A DNA stretch of 64,000 nt from the human T2T-CHM13v2.0 reference genome, Homo sapiens, in NCBI RefSeq assembly GCF_009914755.1, contig NC_060928.1; one strand, 5' to 3'. The notes beneath the pieces are model-generated. The model was given only the letters and a program-made list of their open reading frames with translations. It made no database searches and was not told where the DNA came from. Position numbers and translations under genes: made by a program. This document shows positions 58,057 through 64,000 of this stretch, piece after piece (within the stretch, counting starts at the first letter, position 1; every line of letters begins with the position of its first letter).

Positions 58057-58684
58057 CAGTAATATCTTAGTCAAGAAGAATTGACTGGGCTCCCACATAT
58101 ACAGCTTGAGGCTGGTGGAATAGAAGTAGGAATCAAAGTAATTTTCCTCAGGAAACAGAAAAATTAGAAACAGGAAATAGTATCTGCACTTTCAAAAGTT
58201 GTCTGTCATCCTATTAAACTGTGGTACAATCATATAATAGTGTATAGCCTTCAAAAAGAATGATGCAAATCAATTTGTGTTAGGAAAATATGCAACAAAC
58301 TACAGCAATAGACACCTCTGAAGAGAGATGGGATATTGTGTACCACTTTTAATTCAAATTTTTGCATTTTTGTTATATGCATGGAATCATTTAATAATAA
58401 TAACAATACTATCATCAAACACAAAGAAAGAGTTCAACCTTGAGGTACACCTTGAGCATAAGGCAACAGAAGCAGCTATAATGTAGAGGAAAGAACAGCT
58501 TTGATAAAACAATAGAAATAGAAATAAAATTCTTAGGCCCCAGCAGGCACTATAATGGATGCCTCCCGGTGAGAAGATGATCATATATCCTGACTGTTCT
58601 GACTACCCTTCATTTCCTGTTCTTCTAAGAGAACTAGCTGCAGAGTATATATTCTTGCCTTTTTTATTCACTGGGAATAAGTAA

Positions 58685-58897
58685 AGAATGATTCTCAACT
58701 GGGAATGATTTTTGCTTCCTCTGGGACATTTGGCAAGATATGGAAGCAGTCTTGGTTATGGAAGCCAAGGAGTGCAACTGGCATCTAGTGGATAGAAACA
58801 AAGGATGCTGCTAAGCATCCTATGACGCACAGACCAGCCCCCCAAAATAAAGAAGTAACCAACCCAAAATATCAATAATGGGAAGGTTGAAAATCTA
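58685..58897 (+). mobile_element. MER20 (hAT-Charlie)
   Basis: TTCTCAACTGGG...GGGACATTTGGCAA...CTGGCATCTAGTGG...GGATGCTGCTAAGCATCCTA...CCCAAAATATCAATA. Confidence 0.9.
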
Positions 58898-61081
58898 TAT
58901 ACCACTGTTACTGAAGGCCACCTAATTCGATCTCTGTTCTCACAACCCAAGGGAGTCTAACCAAGACCCAGAGATTCTGCCTTCGCTAGAAAACATGACC
59001 ACAGAGTCTGATCCAACATTTAGGAGGGCCAGCAAGGCTCCAATAACTGCCAGAAGGCATCTTGGGGAGGAGTTAAAAATGTGACAGTTGACCTAACAAC
59101 TGGCAGAGATCATTTATCTCCAGAAAAACCATCTCATTGGTGTGTTAGCAGCATTTCTGCAAAGTATCATAATACACACACACAAAAAAATCCAAATACC
59201 AATTTCTCTGATAACATGTTACTATTTTTGAAGTCATGAAAAGTAAACTGGAATTATGAGTTCAAATACCAATTATCATTGTAGTTTTAAGTCCATTAAA
59301 ATTGGATACGGTTTGCTACAGGCCATACTTTTGTAATTATTAATTCTATTGCAGTCTTCAGTCTGCTTATCTGACACCATTAGTTCTTCATCTAATGTTT
59401 AGGTGAAGAAATAAGTAGGGTTTAGCAGCCTACTTATTTCCCTAAACAGTCAGGCATTTGGCACAGGGTTTCACCCACAGTAAGTCACAATAAACATTTT
59501 ATTAGTTAATTGAATAAAAAAAATTTTTAAAGGCTGCTATATACATGACCTTTCACCTTTGCCAGAGTCGACTGGCATTAGGTAATACCAGAGGTCAGTT
59601 ACCATCCACAATATATCATTTTTAAATACTAATATCTAAAATGTTTAATATTTATAATTAGTCCCTCCTCTACCTAGTAGTAGGAGACAACCAGAATGTA
59701 ACTTGCTTTTAAATGAAGATAAATATTTCCCTACAAAACCCACCAACCCACCTGTAGTTTCAATGGATTCCCCTCACCCATAGCCCCTATTCTGACATAC
59801 TTTCTTCCTAGAATGTATAGGCAAGGCCATCATCTAGCTTCAGCCATTCTTCTGCCAGAATCCAAGTTGCCTCAGCCAAAAGGTGGCAGCAACTGAGACA
59901 GGCAAGAGCAGAGGAGAGCATCCACATACCTAGGAAGCTTAAGGCCGAGCTGTTTGAGGAGCTGATAAAGTGGGTTGCATGTGGGTAGAAGAGGTAAAGC
60001 AAGATCAAACAAGGCAGACCAATGGGAGACATATGGGCCAAGAATAGGCAAACAAATCTTTCGAAGTATGGATTAAAAACAATGTTGTCTGAAGCAACAA
60101 CACATGCATGAGTAAGATGGGAACTGGCTGGAAGTATCCAAGAAAAAAATAAACTAGGAGATGAGATATCTGAAGTCAAAGCCAGGAGGGCCAAAATAGC
60201 AGCGTAAAATCCCAGAGGCAACCATATGCTCATATCAGGCAAATGCAGTCTACAGATGAATGGTTTCTCCATTCAAAAAGTTCCTTCAGTCCTTCCCCTT
60301 CCTCAGCCTTACTCAGGCCCAGGAATAACTAAGGCTTTCCTCCTCTACATCTCTTGCTAGTGAAAAAGAAAAAGGCTAGATATTTTTGTAGATTATGAAA
60401 CAAATATCATTTATGAGCTCAAAATTTTAAATACAGTAATGGAGTTGGTATAACATGCTCTGTTTGCTCTGTTGCTAAATACACACAGTCAAAAATATAA
60501 GACAGGAGCATGGAATTGATTTACTCACAAATATTTTCTTTTCTAATCACAATGTGGTTCCCTGCAAAATCCATTATGATCAAAGATGCTCTTTAACCCC
60601 TTTGTTATCTTACTTTTCTGGTTTTTTTATATTAAATATTTATAATGGGCACTATTATTAATAGGGTGGTTCCCTGGAAGTACAGAAAAGGGAGAAAGGC
60701 TAATGTAACTGCCTGTACATAATTTTCCAAAACACAAAGTGAGGTCAGCAACTCCTTCTTTAACATTAGTGGAACTATTCATTGGTACCTAAATACAGGA
60801 AGCAGTGTCTTCCAAAGTGGTGTCTGCCTCAAACAAATTGTCAGTGTTACAATTTTCCATTTTACACTGATGTAAATCACACCAGTAATGCAAGCATAGC
60901 AATTAGCACCACCGCATGGGCCTAGCAGATAAAGTATATAAAGTCCAAACTCACAGGAACTGTCTTTTAAATAACTAATTTTAACAGAAATGAAAACATT
61001 CAGTCCCCCAAATCCATAGGTTAGGAATATGAAAGGAAACAGAATAATAAACAATCATCATTACTACCAGGAATACTAAAT

Positions 61082-61133
<52 letters not shown>

Positions 61134-61134
61134 C
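61082..61134. repeat. (TA)n(CA)n(TA)n microsatellite
   Basis: Direct reading. Confidence 0.95.
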
Positions 61135-62794
61135 AAAATTTTTTGCTTACCTAAAGAACTGTTTCCTGTGTAGTTGCTTTAGTAATGTAGGAAAAAATTT
61201 GTACACCTATGGAAAACTGCATTGTCTACAGTACATCTTTCCTATGTATCTGATTCTGATTCTTTGAGAGCTGTTTTATAACTGTGTAAGTTGTAGATAA
61301 TTAATAGAAAAACAAAATTACTTTTATCTATAGACATGCAAACTCTGAGTATAACTGACTTCCCACTGTGAAAAAGTCCGTTTTGCCTCCCTTTGTACAT
61401 CTATTTCAATATTCCTGAACTAAAAATATGTATGTTTTTAAACTCTCCTTTGAACTGGTTATAACACCTTACTAGTTCCTTCTTTAATGATTTAAGTAAA
61501 ATCTTTAACACTTGTTAATTTTACATCTGTATGAAACTCATAATTTTCTTTTTTGAAATTTATATTTTAACAGTAATTTTTGAGAAAATAATCAGCTACT
61601 TTTTGAAATGTAGGAGAAATATTGATATTTGCCATTGATGTTTTCTCAGTTATGCTGCTAAATTGAATCATGAATATAGCTATCACCCAGGAAAGGTCTA
61701 GAGGCTTTGGGACCCAAGGGTGATGAAGCTCCAAATCAGAAGCTGACAGTAATCCAGGTAAAGTGTCATCAACAGAATGGAGGCAAAATAGGGGTTCTAT
61801 CCATGCTAGAGAAAGGGAGGGAAGATAGGGGAGCCCCCTGAGTAGAATGGGGTTCTTATTTAGGAACATAGAACATCCTCTGTTTTTGTAGTTTCATAGC
61901 TATATGGCTACCTCCCAAAGACAATCCTGTCCACTCTGCTTGCCAACCACGGATCACGTTAGGGCAATGCTTGTTGATTAAGGGCCTGTTTGCTGTATTT
62001 ACTCTTGGTTTTTTAGGAATCCAATGAACATTATTCTCATCACATCCTATAATTGTGAAACAGTGTGAATGTTTAAAATGCTAGCAGTATATGATTAAAA
62101 ATAAACAAAAGTACAGATGTAATAACTTGAAAATGATGAGAAAAAATGATGTATGATACATATATACAGGGGATACATGTTACTGATTATACAATTCCTC
62201 TGAGATTTCTTCTTGAGGATTGATGATGGAAGCAAGGGTTTTCTGCTCAAAAAGATGAAAGCTTAAAAGAATAAAACACATTCTGACTCTAATGTGTCAT
62301 GAACTCACCCACAGAATACAGAAAGTATACCTCAGACTTCTCCATTCAAGGGCATTTTTTGCTATAAAAATAAATGAACCTTTTTTTTAAAATTCCAAAA
62401 ATGGTAAATAAATTTTACCACCAATATATAGCATTCCTCATATAGAACTTGGTTGCAGAACCAAGCCAATATTCAGGAAAGTGTCCTCAGAAATAGCTAA
62501 AGCTTGGATCATTAAATAATTTTGTACAGAGGAAATTATATGCAAGTACATAAAAGTCCTGGTCTCTTTATGGAAGGAATTTCTCAATGCTAGAGGTTTG
62601 GGGTTTTTCAAATTAAAAACTTCCAGATGCTTAACATGTATGGTAGTACTAAGTCACACTTGTCAGACTTGCTGCTTAAAATCCTGGGAAATTGTCAGTA
62701 TGTCTATAGGGGTTGGGAAGGAAATTTAGGAAATACAGTTTGTTTAGTTAAGTCTCTTTTTTTGTAGTTTATAATAGCTTTGGTTGGCATGTAT

Positions 62795-63000
62795 CAGGGG
62801 CGTCCAATCTTTTGGCTTCCCTGGGCCACATTGGAAGAATTGTCTTGGACCACACATTAACATTAATGATAGCCAATGAGAAAAAAAAATTGCAAAAAGA
62901 CTCATAATGTTTTAAGAAAGTTTACGAATTTGTGTTGGACTACATTCAAAGCCATCCTGGGCCACATGCAGCCTGCAGGGACATGGGTTGGACAAGCTTG
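62795..63000 (+). mobile_element. MER30 (hAT-Charlie)
   Basis: CAGGGGCGTCCAATCTTTTGGCTTCCCTGGGCCAC ... GGGTTGGACAAGCTTG; degenerate 8-bp TSD GCATGTAT / GCCTATAT. Confidence 0.92.
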
Positions 63001-64000
63001 GCCTATATGGTCTTTCCAGCCTTTCTTACTTGTTCAACTTTCCTATCTTTGTTGCTTTACTGATAGTCTTTTTGCAGAAGACAAAGTAACCAGTTAAAAA
63101 AGAAGTCATTTTCTCTTCCAGTCTTCCTTGAAGTCCATACTTTGAGACTGTGTATTAAAGAGAAAATAAATTGCTCATCAACACTTGATAACTTGTAGAA
63201 CTGCTGTGTCATTCTGTGTCCTACCAGACAAGTGACGAAGGTGCTTCACTTAGCCAAACAACTGTCCACAGCTAGCTACTCATACAGTAAACAGTGCTGC
63301 TGATGACAGTGGGCATTCATTTCAATGCGAGGTAGAGTATTGTCTTTCAAATTTTCTTTTGCAGTACTTATTACAGTACGATTGCAGCCAGATTTATACT
63401 TTCTATGTGAAATGTATTGTATATCTTGCTCACTATTGGCTAAAATCCTGTTAATTCCTAGAGACTTCTTCCTAGTACTACTTATGTGCAATTCATGTAT
63501 TCTCATTGTGCCATCAATTTAAATTTCAATATACAAACATCATCATTTTTATACACAACCAAAAATCAAATCAAGTAAGAAAGTCTCAGAGATCTTAGAA
63601 GTATCTTTAGAAGATCCTAGAAGTCTTATAACGTATATTTTCTATAAATAACATAATTTAGGGGAGAGTTATTTTTCATATACTACCTTGTGGACTAAAT
63701 ATTAACTATTCATCAAAAAATCAAGTGCTTTAAGTAAATACATTTTAAAAGAATGAATTGCTGTAACTTGGTAATAAAGCTCCATATGAATATCTAGAAT
63801 TAAAAAATAAGTAAAAATATAAGGGAAGAAATTTGAAGAAACACAGAAAATTGTCATTAAAAGAACAAGAACAATATTGTCACTTGAAGTCTTAAAAAAT
63901 AAGTGACTTTAAGAAAAAGGATGAAGTGAGATGTAGATTTTTCTAACGAACAGTACCATGCTCAGTTACACAGTGCATTTACCCAGCTTTCCTGTGACAC

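Noticed and set aside
59808-60272. 154-aa hydrophobic minus-strand ORF
   Set aside because: No recognisable domain; composition is what the antisense of purine-rich DNA gives. Cannot be supported without conservation or Ribo-seq.
63276-63522. Overlapping ORFs and TGATGA box-C-like motif
   Set aside because: No recognisable protein; no matching box D with terminal stem to support a snoRNA.

Overview
AT-rich, CpG-poor primate genomic DNA (human or ape: it contains AluY and an L1PA2-type LINE), most likely deep intronic or intergenic. I can support no host protein-coding exon, RNA gene or CRISPR array. The only ORFs in the track with recognisable homology are transposon remnants: L1 ORF2 RT and C-terminus, ERVL RNase H, L2 ORF2 and Alu read-through. 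The window holds about 15 Alus, a twin-primed 5'-inverted L1PA2 with 16-bp TSD, an internally deleted ERVL provirus with both MLT2 LTRs and a 5-bp TSD, the end of a Ricksha element carrying an ERVL LTR, Tigger/hAT DNA transposons, MaLR LTRs, and old L1M, L2, L3 and MIR fragments. Structure not explained by standard repeats: a short polyadenylated retrocopy with TSDs nested in an old L1, two local dispersed duplications (about 164 bp and 100 bp), a 53-nt hairpin, candidate enhancer motif clusters and several splice-site-bounded candidate exons. I found no convincing new biological system. Repeat subfamily names come from recalled consensus features, not from a database search, and boundaries of old repeats are approximate.
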